Shown: positions 1 to 8,583 of the stretch, piece by piece
How positions within the stretch are numbered: position 1 is the first letter of the stretch
Layout of the letters: the number at the start of each line of letters is the position of its first letter
Assembly (NCBI GenBank): GCA_050301675.1
Contig: JBNKZP010000001.1
Span: forward strand, 1 to 33,353
DNA from: Puniceicoccaceae bacterium
GTDB taxonomy: Bacteria; Verrucomicrobiota; Verrucomicrobiia; Opitutales; Coraliomargaritaceae
DNA length: 33,353 bases
Direction: 5' to 3'
Made by a program: the position numbers and the translations under genes
Notes under the pieces: generated by a model
Databases searched by the model: none
Told to the model about the DNA's origin: nothing
Seen by the model: only the letters and a program-made list of their open reading frames with translations

Positions 1-1
1 A

Positions 2-1825
2 GCGGATCGTTTTAAAGGGCTAAAGAATGAAGCTCTCAAAGAAGAATTAAGAAAATTCAGAGAATTATTCAGACGAAAAAAAGCAGAAGTCGATGACGAA
101 CAGCTCGCCGTCGCACTGGCAGCCGTTCGTGAAGCGGCTGCACGAAAAACAGGTTTGCGGCCCTACAAAGAGCAACTAATCGGAGCGCTGGCCTTGCACA
201 AAGGTTATCTTGCAGAAATGGCGACAGGTGAAGGTAAAACTCTAACAGCTTCACTTGCAGCGATCCTTAACGGTTGGTCAGGTCTGCCGTGCCATGTCAT
301 TACAGTCAACGACTACCTTGCAGAACGAGACGCAAAATGGTTTAAGGAGCTTTTTTCCTTCTGTAAAGTTACAGTGGGTTATGTTGTCGGCGAAATGGAG
401 CCCCACGAACGTAAACGTAATTACAATCATGATGTTGTTTATACAACGAGTAAGGAAATCTGCGCAGATTTCCTACGCGACCGTATACAACTAATGATGG
501 TCAAAGAATCGACCCGATGCGTTCTACGCAAATTACTGAATCCAAACGGCAGTCATGCCGATAGACTGACCATGCGTGGAATGCATACCGCTATTATCGA
601 TGAAGCCGACAGTGTTCTTATCGATGAAGCAGTCACTCCGCTGATCATAAGTCGCCAGAATGATAATGAGTTCCAGCACGGAGCTGCAGAGGCAGCAAGA
701 AAAATTGCTCAGAACCTGGAACGCGATACACACTATAAAGTAGATTCTCTTTACAAAGAAGTCACACTATTGGACTCAGCTGACGAGGTTATTGATAAAG
801 TGCTTGAAACAATTCCGGTTCAATGGCGAAACCTTGCTCGACGACATGAAATCGTCAAACAGGCGATATCCGCAAAAGAATTTTTTCATTTGGGTAAACA
901 GTACATTATCAAAGATGGAAAAATTGTTATCGTCGATGAGTCAACCGGTCGTCCGATGCCAATGCGTTCCTGGGGAGAGGGACTACATCAGGCAATTGAA
1001 GCTAAGGAGAATGTAGAACTGACACCACCGAATGAAACGATTGCTAGGATGAGTTTCCAACGTTTCTTCCGATTATTCAAAAGACTTTCCGGCATGTCGG
1101 GGACTGCCAAAGAAGGAGCAGGCGAATTTTGGAAGATTTACCAGTTGCCAGTCATGCAGATTCCGACGCACAAACCTTGTATTCGAACGCATCTTCCGGA
1201 ACAGGTTTTCAAAACTCAGGAAGACAAATGGTCTGCAATATTGGATGAAATCATAAAGGTACACGCTACCGAACGACCCATACTGATTGGAACACGAACG
1301 ATTCAGGCAAGCGAGCATCTGGCCGGACTCCTGAAAGAGCGGGGTATGGCATTTAATTTGCTCAATGCCACGAATACCAAAGACGAAGCATCCATCGTTG
1401 CCAATGCCGGTCATCGCGGTCTCATTACAATTGCGACCAATATGGCAGGGCGGGGAACCGATATTAAACTCTCAAAAGATGTCGCCGAATTGGGAGGTCT
1501 CCATGTCATCGCTACAGAACGGCATGAGTCTCAGCGTGTCGATCGCCAGCTTTTTGGTCGAGCAGGCCGTCAGGGCGACCCGGGAAGTTGTATTTCATTT
1601 GTCAGTCTGGAAGATGAATTGTACCAAAGATTTTCCCCCGCGCCCGTTCGATGGTTAGTAAGCCGAGTCTCCACTGATTTAGTACCGGAGAGAATTTCAA
1701 AAATAGCCATGACAGCTTGTCAGTATGCATCTCAGCATATTGCATTTAAGCAGCGGTGTAGTGTACTTCGCAAAGACAACTGGCTGGATGAAGCGCTTTC
1801 TTTTGCCGGTTCCAGTTATCAGTAA
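2..1825 (+). CDS. secA: Secondary SecA-like DEAD-domain ATPase (5'-partial; C-terminally short)
   Basis: Frame is open from base 2 (ADRFKGLKNEALKEE...) through the ORF-track start at 155. Motifs: MATGEGKT Walker A, HVITVNDYLAERD, IIDEADSVLIDEA, GLHQAIEAKE, IATNMAGRGTDI, QLFGRAGRQGDPG. Ends about 80 aa after motif VI, so it lacks the wing and C-terminal domains. Confidence 0.9.
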   Translation, partial: ADRFKGLKNEALKEELRKFRELFRRKKAEVDDEQLAVALAAVREAAARKTGLRPYKEQLIGALALHKGYLAEMATGEGKTLTASLAAILNGWSGLPCHVITVNDYLAERDAKWFKELFSFCKVTVGYVVGEMEPHERKRNYNHDVVYTTSKEICADFLRDRIQLMMVKESTRCVLRKLLNPNGSHADRLTMRGMHTAIIDEADSVLIDEAVTPLIISRQNDNEFQHGAAEAARKIAQNLERDTHYKVDSLYKEVTLLDSADEVIDKVLETIPVQWRNLARRHEIVKQAISAKEFFHLGKQYIIKDGKIVIVDESTGRPMPMRSWGEGLHQAIEAKENVELTPPNETIARMSFQRFFRLFKRLSGMSGTAKEGAGEFWKIYQLPVMQIPTHKPCIRTHLPEQVFKTQEDKWSAILDEIIKVHATERPILIGTRTIQASEHLAGLLKERGMAFNLLNATNTKDEASIVANAGHRGLITIATNMAGRGTDIKLSKDVAELGGLHVIATERHESQRVDRQLFGRAGRQGDPGSCISFVSLEDELYQRFSPAPVRWLVSRVSTDLVPERISKIAMTACQYASQHIAFKQRCSVLRKDNWLDEALSFAGSSYQ

Positions 1826-1872
1826 GATTGGTTTAACCTCAATTCGGCAGTTGACAAAGGTTGGGGTTTGTA

Positions 1873-1902
1873 AGCCACGGATGAACGCGGATTTGCGCGG
1901 AT
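1873..1902 (+). repeat. Triple-unit CGGAT repeat (AGCCACGGAT-GAACGCGGAT-TTGCGCGGAT)
   Basis: Three 10-bp units each ending in CGGAT; the same motif recurs at 6958-7054. Confidence 0.7.
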
Positions 1903-1944
1903 CAGACGCAATGCCAAAATGGTGACTTGGTTTCTAGTGCATAA

Positions 1945-2077
1945 TACCAATTTCAAAAAGGTTTGAGGTGCTTGTGTAGAAGCGGCATTTTGCCGCTTTC
2001 CCTACGCTAAGCAAGCGGCAAGATGCCGCTTCTACAATCAATTTAAGCTTATAAGCCAAACCTTTTTGAAATTGGTA
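1945..2077. mobile_element. MITE-like element (133 bp) with 21-22 bp perfect terminal inverted repeats and TAA flanks
   Basis: ATACCAATTTCAAAAAGGTTTG (1944-1965) is the exact reverse complement of 2057-2078. TAA lies at 1942-1944 and 2078-2080. No ORF inside. Confidence 0.75.
1975..2036. repeat. GTAG-type REP doublet (REPIN-like)
   Basis: TGTAGAAGCGGCATTTTGCCGCTT (1975-1998) and an inverted copy at 2013-2036 (23/24 match). Each is GTAG plus the palindrome AAGCGGCA-nnn-TGCCGCTT. Confidence 0.8.
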
Positions 2078-2104
2078 TAAGACGTTTGGAAGCACAGTTC
2101 GGGG

Positions 2105-2135
2105 TTTTGTACATCTTTGTGACTTTTTGTGGCTA
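2105..2135 (-). repeat. Triple-unit ACAAA repeat (TAGCCACAAAA-AGTCACAAAG-ATGTACAAAA on minus strand)
   Basis: 10-bp periodicity; starts with AGCCAC like the 1873 repeat and faces it. Confidence 0.55.
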
Positions 2136-2183
2136 TCAAACTGGAAACCTGTTCAACGTTTCCTTTGTTCCGGCTATATCGGA

Positions 2184-2558
2184 TCAGGCTGATCCGGGGA
2201 TGTCGCCGGGTATGTCAATTGCGTGAACGTCCCTGCGTTTGGATATCTCAGCTCTGGAACGGCGACGAATCATCCGATCCAGTTTATGAATCATTTCATC
2301 AATGGATTTGTAAAGATTATCGGTTTCCGCATGGGCAATATGGTCTTTGCCACGCACCTCAAGATGTCCTTTTGCGATAAATTCTTTTTCGTGTGTTTTG
2401 GGGTGGGGGTCATACTCAAGCTCAACACGCATACGAATGATATGATCATCGTGACCGAAGAGTTTTTCGACTTTTTCGTGAACTATCATTTTAATTGCAT
2501 CAGTGAGTTCCATGTTCAAGCCGGATATAATTACATCATGTTTTTCATGTTTTTCCAT
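2184..2558 (-). CDS. hpf: Ribosome hibernation promoting factor HPF / RaiA (S30AE)
   Basis: IISGLNMELTDAIK...EKVEKL...AETDNLYKSIDEMIHKLDRMIRR; start chosen at ATG 2558 (MEKHEKHD), 124 aa. Confidence 0.9.
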   Translation of the reverse strand: MEKHEKHDVIISGLNMELTDAIKMIVHEKVEKLFGHDDHIIRMRVELEYDPHPKTHEKEFIAKGHLEVRGKDHIAHAETDNLYKSIDEMIHKLDRMIRRRSRAEISKRRDVHAIDIPGDIPGSA

Positions 2559-2689
2559 AACGTATTCTTTCTTTTTGGGTTTTTGGTGAATGAAGCCAAT
2601 TGACTTCCATGCTCTGACATGACTGAACAAAAAGAAAGCCAGCGCGCTTTTGAAAGTTTTCAAACGCACTGGCTACCTTTAGATTAATT

Positions 2690-3520
2690 ATGCCAACACT
2701 TTCAGAGTTTTTAGAAAACGTTTCGGTAATCATTGTTACCGGTGGATCATCAGGAATTGGATATTCAATTATCAAAGCAATCCATAAGCTAGAGACGTCC
2801 GTAACATTATGCAACATTTCTCGTACTCAACCAGACGATTTTTTTGATAAGAGAAACTACATTCATTTGGCGACTGATTTAAGCAACCCGGACGAACTGT
2901 GTAAATCAGTTGAGCGGTTGAAGGTGATACTTTCAGAAGCTGTCCCGGGAAAGGTTTTGTTGTTTAATAACAGTGGGTTTGGCGATTACGGCAGTCAACA
3001 GACCCTCGACCGGTCAAAGCAGCTTAACATGATCGATTTAAATATCCGTGCGGTTGTTGATCTGACGACTCGCTTGTTGCCTGATTTGCTGGGACGAGGT
3101 GGATACATCGTCAATATTGCCTCAACGGCAGCATTTCAGCCGACACCTTTCTTTGCAACCTATGGAGCGACAAAGGCATTTGTGCTGAATTGGACGCTTG
3201 CATTAAATGAGGATTTGCGGGGAACGAGAGTCAGAACGCTTGCTGTTTGTCCGGGTCCGACGCGGACTAACTTTTTCAAAGCAGCAGGATTTGCCGAACC
3301 GCCGATGAACCACGGCGTTAATAGATTGCTTGACATGAGTTCCGAGGAGGTGGCTGATAAAACCTTGAAAGCTCTGGCAAACAAAAAATCGCTTCTGATT
3401 ACAGGGTGGAAAAACAAGTTGATTGTGCTTCTGGGCAGCAAATTATCAATTGTTTTCGTGACTCGGATTGGTGGCGCTCTACTTCGTAAAATGCGCCTGG
3501 AAGTGCATAAAAAATCATGA
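2690..3520 (+). CDS. SDR family NAD(P)-dependent oxidoreductase
   Basis: TGGSSGIG, NNSG, IVNIASTAAFQP, catalytic YGATK. Confidence 0.92.
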   Translation: MPTLSEFLENVSVIIVTGGSSGIGYSIIKAIHKLETSVTLCNISRTQPDDFFDKRNYIHLATDLSNPDELCKSVERLKVILSEAVPGKVLLFNNSGFGDYGSQQTLDRSKQLNMIDLNIRAVVDLTTRLLPDLLGRGGYIVNIASTAAFQPTPFFATYGATKAFVLNWTLALNEDLRGTRVRTLAVCPGPTRTNFFKAAGFAEPPMNHGVNRLLDMSSEEVADKTLKALANKKSLLITGWKNKLIVLLGSKLSIVFVTRIGGALLRKMRLEVHKKS

Positions 3521-4350
3521 TGAACCCTTATGGCAAGGTCGCTCCACTGGTCGATCTGGATAGTTTTGCTGATTGGATTATACAGGAGGACGACGATTTA
3601 TTGGTTGTAAATAAGCCGGGTTGGCTGGTCTGTCATCCTTCCAAGAACGGGCCTTTGTCGAGCCTGGTTGGTGTTGTCAGAGAGTATACTGGCATTGATA
3701 AGCTCCATCTTGTTGCGCGGCTGGATCGTGAGACAAGCGGATTGGTTATCTTTGCCAAAAGAGCGTCGGTCGCACGCAAGTTTCAGATGGCGATCCAGGC
3801 GAGAAAGGTTGATAAGACTTACCTGGTTATTCTCGAAGGTGAACTGGATACACCAATCTGTGTTGACCAGCCGATTGCCCGACGTCGAGGTGGGCCAGTT
3901 TTTGTGAAGTCGGAAGTGAGCTTTGATCGGACAGCCCAGACCGCAGTCACTCACTTTACTCCTTTGATCCAAAGGTGTGGATATGCGCTATGTCGGGTCA
4001 TTCCTGAAACCGGACGTAAACATCAAATCCGTGTGCACGCCGAGTGGCTGGAAAGACGCGTAGTAGGCGACAAGATTTACGGCCCGGACGAAACGCTCTA
4101 TATCGATTTTATTGAACAAGGCTGGACTGCGCGTCTGGAGGCAGCTTTGCCGATGAAACGCCAGGCATTGCATTGTTATCACTATGAGTTTAACTTTTCT
4201 GACAGAATCGTTTCATTTACAGCATCTGTTCAACAGGACATGTTGGCATTTTGTAAAAGTGCGATGAATGTGGAGGAAGATGAAATCCAAAAGTGTATCG
4301 ATTGCGCCCCGACTCAGCAAAGCCGGAACCAGAGAAACATCGAGCTTTGA
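3517..4350 (+). CDS. RluA-family RNA pseudouridine synthase
   Basis: VVNKPGWLVCHP, ARLDRETSG, ETGRKHQIRVH, GDKIYG, RQALH; ATGA overlap with the SDR gene. Confidence 0.92.
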   Translation: MMNPYGKVAPLVDLDSFADWIIQEDDDLLVVNKPGWLVCHPSKNGPLSSLVGVVREYTGIDKLHLVARLDRETSGLVIFAKRASVARKFQMAIQARKVDKTYLVILEGELDTPICVDQPIARRRGGPVFVKSEVSFDRTAQTAVTHFTPLIQRCGYALCRVIPETGRKHQIRVHAEWLERRVVGDKIYGPDETLYIDFIEQGWTARLEAALPMKRQALHCYHYEFNFSDRIVSFTASVQQDMLAFCKSAMNVEEDEIQKCIDCAPTQQSRNQRNIEL

Positions 4351-4370
4351 ACATCGAACGTTCAATACTC
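4315..4370 (+). repeat. CAGCAAAGCCGGAACCA motif followed by degenerate heptamer tandem repeat (AACATCG-like x5)
   Basis: 4315-4331 matches the reverse complement of 7105-7121 at 16/17. AACATCG AGCTTTG AACATCG AACGTTC AATACTC lies at 4336-4370. Confidence 0.6.
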
Positions 4371-4397
4371 CAAATTTGCCAAAAGTAGACTAGTCAG

Positions 4398-4997
4398 TTA
4401 CTCCCTTGGCTCACGTATGATCAGCGGCGCCATCTCGCTTGGGTCTAGTCTTGCTCTTAAAACTATATTTCGAGGAGTGTGATAGTTTGGCCTCAGGATG
4501 AAATCGTTTGCTCCACTTTCAGCATCTGCTTTTTGCTTCATGCTACGTAATGTATCGCTATTCAATGTATCCTGTGAGTAGGCATTGGTACTCAGCGGTA
4601 AAATTTTACCATCTACTTCAAGGGCCACAAAATAATAGGGTGGTTTCTTCGGTAAGCGATCGCGATCTATGATCACTCCAGGCATGTAGAAGTAGACATT
4701 TTTTTCCTTGCCTTGTTCAATGGAGACAATCTCCACCTGCGACTTGTAAAAATCGAAGCTCTTTGTCTTGGAGTCCCGTTCATAAGCAAGATATGCTATG
4801 ACCTTTATATTGTCCACGAAGCGCTCATTCTTTGCGTCTTCAGCTGTGTTTTTATCGGCGCGAATTTGGACTTCCATCTGTACCCAGTCGTCATCGAGTT
4901 CTTGAAAGTTGATGTCGGAAACTTCAGCAGGAATTGTTTGTGAAAATGCAAGCTGTGCTAAGCAGAATGATAGTGTAAGAAGGATAAGCTGTTTCAT
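4398..4997 (-). CDS. Secreted hypothetical protein (beta-rich; possibly Amuc_1102-like Verrucomicrobia family)
   Basis: Signal peptide MKQLILLTLSFCLAQLAFS from ATG 4997; the family suggestion is a weak resemblance only. Confidence 0.7.
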   Translation of the reverse strand: MKQLILLTLSFCLAQLAFSQTIPAEVSDINFQELDDDWVQMEVQIRADKNTAEDAKNERFVDNIKVIAYLAYERDSKTKSFDFYKSQVEIVSIEQGKEKNVYFYMPGVIIDRDRLPKKPPYYFVALEVDGKILPLSTNAYSQDTLNSDTLRSMKQKADAESGANDFILRPNYHTPRNIVLRARLDPSEMAPLIIREPRE

Positions 4998-5151
4998 TGG
5001 AATAATGATTTTTGAATAAAGAAATTTTGATAGTCTGTGTTGTGCCAATCAGCAATGTTGTTTTTAACCCGAATTGGTCTGTTGATCTGATTTTTAATTT
5101 GTAGATATCAATCGCAGAAAGAAGAAACTTTTGTGCAATTGGATTCTTAAT

Positions 5152-5769
5152 TCAAACATCAAATGAGCCGAGTAACCAAAACAATGCAACCTGTACACAT
5201 CCGATTAAGAAACCGAGTAATGCGCCCAATCTTTCTATCGTTCGAAATTCATGTTTTGCTACATGATCAACGATTGCTTCGAGTCGCTCTATATCGAAAG
5301 CATTGATATTATTTTCGATCATTTGCTTTAAATCTACGGATAATTCAAATTCGGTTGCAACCTTTTCGACTAAAGGCTCGGCCTCTTTTTTGATTTCGGC
5401 GGCGGCAATAGTTTCAAACTTTGCCAAGATTTTGTCATTAATAAAATTACCGAGAAGAGGGATCGTGCGCAACTGCGGGCCGATGCGTTCCCATACCAGC
5501 GTGCGGGCTGTTTGTTCCAGATAAGGGCTCAGTTCGATCTTTTTAATCTCATTTAGAATCAAGTGCTGCTGAAAGATCTCTCGTTCAATTATTTCAGCAG
5601 CTTCAGCCGCGAGTTGATGCTGGCGTCGCGGAATAAGCCCCTGCCATTTCCAGAAGAACAGACGCAATGGTTTTCTCGGATGAAAAAGCATTTTGATCGC
5701 CAGCCAGTTTGTTGCCCAACCAATCGTTGCCGTGATCAAAGGTGTTAAAAAAAGCAAAGAGTAAGGCAT
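5152..5769 (-). CDS. DUF445 (YheB-like) membrane protein
   Basis: IGWATNWLAIKMLFHP...QGLIPRR, C-terminal EFRTIERLGALLGFLIG. Confidence 0.88.
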   Translation of the reverse strand: MPYSLLFLTPLITATIGWATNWLAIKMLFHPRKPLRLFFWKWQGLIPRRQHQLAAEAAEIIEREIFQQHLILNEIKKIELSPYLEQTARTLVWERIGPQLRTIPLLGNFINDKILAKFETIAAAEIKKEAEPLVEKVATEFELSVDLKQMIENNINAFDIERLEAIVDHVAKHEFRTIERLGALLGFLIGCVQVALFWLLGSFDV

Positions 5770-5816
5770 AATAAATCAGATTTGATGCAAGTTCCGATTT
5801 TGCGATCCAGCCAATA

Positions 5817-5891
<75 letters not shown>

Positions 5892-6032
5892 AATTAACAT
5901 GTAACAAACCTTGAATCCAATGAGTGATTAAAATGATTGCAAGTGTTAGTTTTACTCTAAATTTTAACAACAGTTTTTTCATAAGCTTCAAGCATCAAAG
6001 CTAATTCAATACCCCTTTGCCCTGAGTGAGAC

Positions 6033-6446
6033 ATGCCCCGTCGTAGAAATACATCTCTGCCCGAAGAAGATTTCCCAATGACACCCATGATTGATATGGT
6101 GTTCCTGCTGCTAGTGTTTTTTATGACAGTTAGTACGCTGGCACAGTCAGATCAACGCGTGAAGCTTGATTTGCCCGAATCCGACACTAGCAAAGTGCCG
6201 GACGATCTGAGTGACCGAGGAACAATTTCACTGGATGCCCAGGGGCAGATTTTTATCGGGGCTCAGCCGAAAACGCTGGATCAGATGCAGGCCTCCATCA
6301 AAGAGTCCCTGGCGTCAAATCCTGATTTGCGCATTCATGTGAGAGCTGATCAGGCAACTGCCTATGAAGCCATCAAGAAAGTGCTGCGTGCCTGTGCGGA
6401 AGCGGGCGCCTACGAAGTGATCTACGCGACTTACCAGCAAAAATAA
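6033..6446 (+). CDS. exbD: Biopolymer transporter ExbD/TolR family
   Basis: MTPMIDMVFLLLVFFM, LDLP, IHVRADQATAY. Confidence 0.92.
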   Translation: MPRRRNTSLPEEDFPMTPMIDMVFLLLVFFMTVSTLAQSDQRVKLDLPESDTSKVPDDLSDRGTISLDAQGQIFIGAQPKTLDQMQASIKESLASNPDLRIHVRADQATAYEAIKKVLRACAEAGAYEVIYATYQQK

Positions 6447-6450
6447 GCAA

Positions 6451-6894
6451 ATGGCCAGACTTAGAAAGCGATCCGAGGATAAAGGCGGTGTTCCCATCGC
6501 ACCGATGATTGATGTAGTGTTTCTGCTGCTCATTTACTTTATGGTATCTTCGACCCTGGAACGGCAGGAGGCGGATCTGTCATTTCAATTGCCCGGCACT
6601 GTCGAGCAGGAAACTCCAGTGGACCTGCCGGACGAGCAAATTATCGAAATACGTGAAGACGGGCAGGTGATTGTCAATGAGTATCCGTACGACAGCCCGG
6701 ATGCGGTTCGTCTGGCCGAGTTGGCTGCAATGCTAACCCGGTTTCGCGAGGCCAGCGCTGCCAATAAGGTCGAAGCAATCGTAACCATTGCACCGGCAAA
6801 TTCAGTGCCGCATAAGCAAATTGTAAAGGTGATGGATGCCTGCTCCTTCGCCAACGTTGAGGGAGTGAATTTTGCCCTCGGTGATGAGTTTTAG
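6451..6894 (+). CDS. exbD: Biopolymer transporter ExbD/TolR family (second paralog)
   Basis: IAPMIDVVFLLLIYFMV, VPHKQIVKVMDAC. Confidence 0.92.
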   Translation: MARLRKRSEDKGGVPIAPMIDVVFLLLIYFMVSSTLERQEADLSFQLPGTVEQETPVDLPDEQIIEIREDGQVIVNEYPYDSPDAVRLAELAAMLTRFREASAANKVEAIVTIAPANSVPHKQIVKVMDACSFANVEGVNFALGDEF

Positions 6895-6957
6895 GTCTCA
6901 TTTCTTGTTTTTTTGAAACGATTTTGACTCGCGCAAGACCCAAGATAAGAATTAATG

Positions 6958-7054
6958 TAACCACTGATCACGGATGATACGGATAGAAACAGTTTGCTAA
7001 AGATTCTTTTACAGAGCCTTAAGTATCTGTATAAATCCGTTTAATCCGTGGTTT
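6958..7054. repeat. Inverted pair of triple ACGGAT units
   Basis: TAACCACTGATCACGGATGATACGGATA ... TATCTGTATAAATCCGTTTAATCCGTGGTTT. Confidence 0.7.
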
Positions 7055-7124
7055 AGAAAATGCTTATCCAAAGCAAAGACACAGCTTTCCAGTATTGCAG
7101 ACTTTGGTTGCGGCTTTGCTGCCC

Positions 7125-7172
7125 TGTGGAATCTTCAAGCCTATTATTCATCGGAAAGCGATGCAGATTAGA
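7125..7172 (+). repeat. 48-bp direct repeat, copy 1
   Basis: TGTGGAATCTTCAAGCCTATTATTCATCGGAAAGCGATGCAGATTAGA; 46/48 identical to 8285-8332. Confidence 0.92.
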
Positions 7173-7260
7173 AGTGTTACCGATGTCTTTGTGCCTCGCT
7201 CAGGTTTTTATCTCTGAAGAGATTGACCTGAATCTATTTTAGGCTCAAATTTTATGAATT

Positions 7261-7491
7261 ATGTCAGTGCAAGAAAAAAAAATCGAACAAGAGATATTAT
7301 CAAGCTCAGTTAGCTACCGTGCTTATTTAGCTGATAAATTACTTTCGAGCCTTGATTCTCCGGGACAGTCAGAGATAGACGAAGCATGGGCTAATGAAGC
7401 AGAGGATCGCATTGCTGCTTTTGAACGAGATGAGATCAAGGCTGTTAATGAAGATGAGGCTTTTGCCCAATTAGAGAAGCGTTTTCAGTAG
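7261..7491 (+). CDS. Addiction module antitoxin (TIGR02574 / Unstab_antitox-like)
   Basis: 76 aa, RAYLADKLLSSLD...EIDEAWANEAEDRIAAF; 1 bp upstream of a RelE/ParE gene. Confidence 0.85.
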   Translation: MSVQEKKIEQEILSSSVSYRAYLADKLLSSLDSPGQSEIDEAWANEAEDRIAAFERDEIKAVNEDEAFAQLEKRFQ

Positions 7492-7492
7492 A

Positions 7493-7783
7493 ATGAAGAT
7501 TCGCTTCTTAAGCATTGCATTGCAAGAAGTGCATGATGCTATCGACTATTATGAAGAAGCTGATCCAGGCTTAGGCCTACGGTTCATGGGTGAATTTCGT
7601 AGTTGCGTTGAACGCATTAGAACGCATCCGAGGGCATGGGCTAAATTATCAAGACATACGCATCGTTGCCGTACAAAAGTTTTCCCCTATGGTGTAATTT
7701 ATCAAATTCGAAAAGATGAAATCCTGGTTGTAGCTGTGATGCACATGTCTAAGGAACGGAACTACTGGAAAAATAGAATTTAG
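7493..7783 (+). CDS. Type II toxin, RelE/ParE family
   Basis: MKIRFLSIALQEVHDAIDYYE...LGLRF...FPYGVIYQ...ILVVAVMHMSKERNYWKNR. Confidence 0.9.
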   Translation: MKIRFLSIALQEVHDAIDYYEEADPGLGLRFMGEFRSCVERIRTHPRAWAKLSRHTHRCRTKVFPYGVIYQIRKDEILVVAVMHMSKERNYWKNRI

Positions 7784-7881
7784 TTCACAATCATCCCACG
7801 GGATTCTCTGCAGATAATTAACCACGAAGGGCACAGAGCAACTGTGTCTTCGTGGTTGATTTTCTATGGGATGGCTGTGAA
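7784..7881. mobile_element. 98-bp nested inverted-repeat element with TTTAG flanks
   Basis: Outer IR TTCACAATCATCCCA / TGGGATGGCTGTGAA (13/15). Inner IR AACCACGAAGGGCACAG / CTGTGTCTTCGTGGTT. GAATTTAGTTC is repeated at 7776-7786 and 7879-7889. Confidence 0.55.
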
Positions 7882-8088
7882 TTTAGTTCGTATCTACCTT
7901 ACAATGGTAGTTAAGCTCAAGGGTTCTGGAAGTTATGAACTACCAAAATTGACCACGTGATAGACTCCATTAGTTCGCTCAATTTGAAGACTTCGTGCAT
8001 CAGCAATAGGAAATTAATGATGAAAGTGCAGTATTAATATTTACGAATGCCCCCCTTTTTTACCTTCGTTTTTTTGAAAAGATTTTAA

Positions 8089-8227
8089 CTCTCGCCCGCT
8101 TCGCTCAAGCCGCCAAGCCCGCGAAGGAAGGTTCTGTAAGTTACAGCAAATACATCTCAAAACTTCGCGCTCTTCGCGGCTTCGCCCTTCGGCGTGCTCA
8201 GCTTGAGCTTTTCGAAACGGCGTGAGA
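8089..8227. repeat. Inverted pair of CGC(C/G)AAG-unit repeats with an inserted hairpin
   Basis: CTCTCGCCC..CAAGCCGCCAAGCCCGCGAAG ... CTTCGCGCTCTTCGCGGCTT[..TTCGGCGTGCTCAGCTTGAGCTTTTCGAA..]GGCGTGAGA. Confidence 0.6.
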
Positions 8228-8284
8228 CATGGCGTTTCCCTGGCTTTCAGCTTTTGGTTGAGGACTTTGCCCCCCGCGTACCTT

Positions 8285-8332
8285 TGTGGAGTCTTCAAGC
8301 CTATCATTCATCGGAAAGCGATGCAGATTAGA
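8285..8332 (+). repeat. 48-bp direct repeat, copy 2
   Basis: TGTGGAGTCTTCAAGCCTATCATTCATCGGAAAGCGATGCAGATTAGA. Confidence 0.92.
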
Positions 8333-8368
8333 CTTGCGAATCCAAGCGAAATCGACGGCTTATGTTTT

Positions 8369-8583
8369 ATGTCAGTTCTTGAAGTCGCTATCGAAGAATT
8401 AAAGACGCTGCCCTGTCTCAGCAGGACGAGGCTGCTAAGTTTATCCATTCATTGCATGCTTCGGCGGCGTTACAGAAGAAAACGATTCTGAAAAAGACCT
8501 TTGGCTGCCTCAGTCAGGCTGAAGCTGATGAATGGGAATCTGCAGTGAAAGAATGCAGCAAAATTGATCATGAAGACTGGTAG
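8369..8583 (+). pseudogene. Frameshifted antitoxin (VapB/DUF2281-like)
   Basis: MSVLEVAIEELKTLP, then a 1-nt deletion near 8411-8415, then SQQDEAAKFIHSLHASAALQKKTILKKTFGCLSQAEADEWESAVKECSKIDHEDW*. Span 215 nt (3n-1); overlaps the start of a PIN-domain gene. Confidence 0.7.

Noticed and set aside
7890-8088. Possible decayed ORF (MNYQN*PRDRLH*FAQFEDFVHQQ*EINDESAVLIF...)
   Set aside because: Multiple stops and no recognisable family; cannot be supported.
7125-8332. CRISPR array from the 48-bp direct repeats
   Set aside because: Only two copies, 1.1 kb apart, with genes between them; no cas genes.
8041-8491. ORF-track ORFs 8041-8307(-) and 8222-8491(+), also 7060-7242(+)
   Set aside because: They read through repeat DNA; only the part from ATG 8369 belongs to the frameshifted antitoxin.
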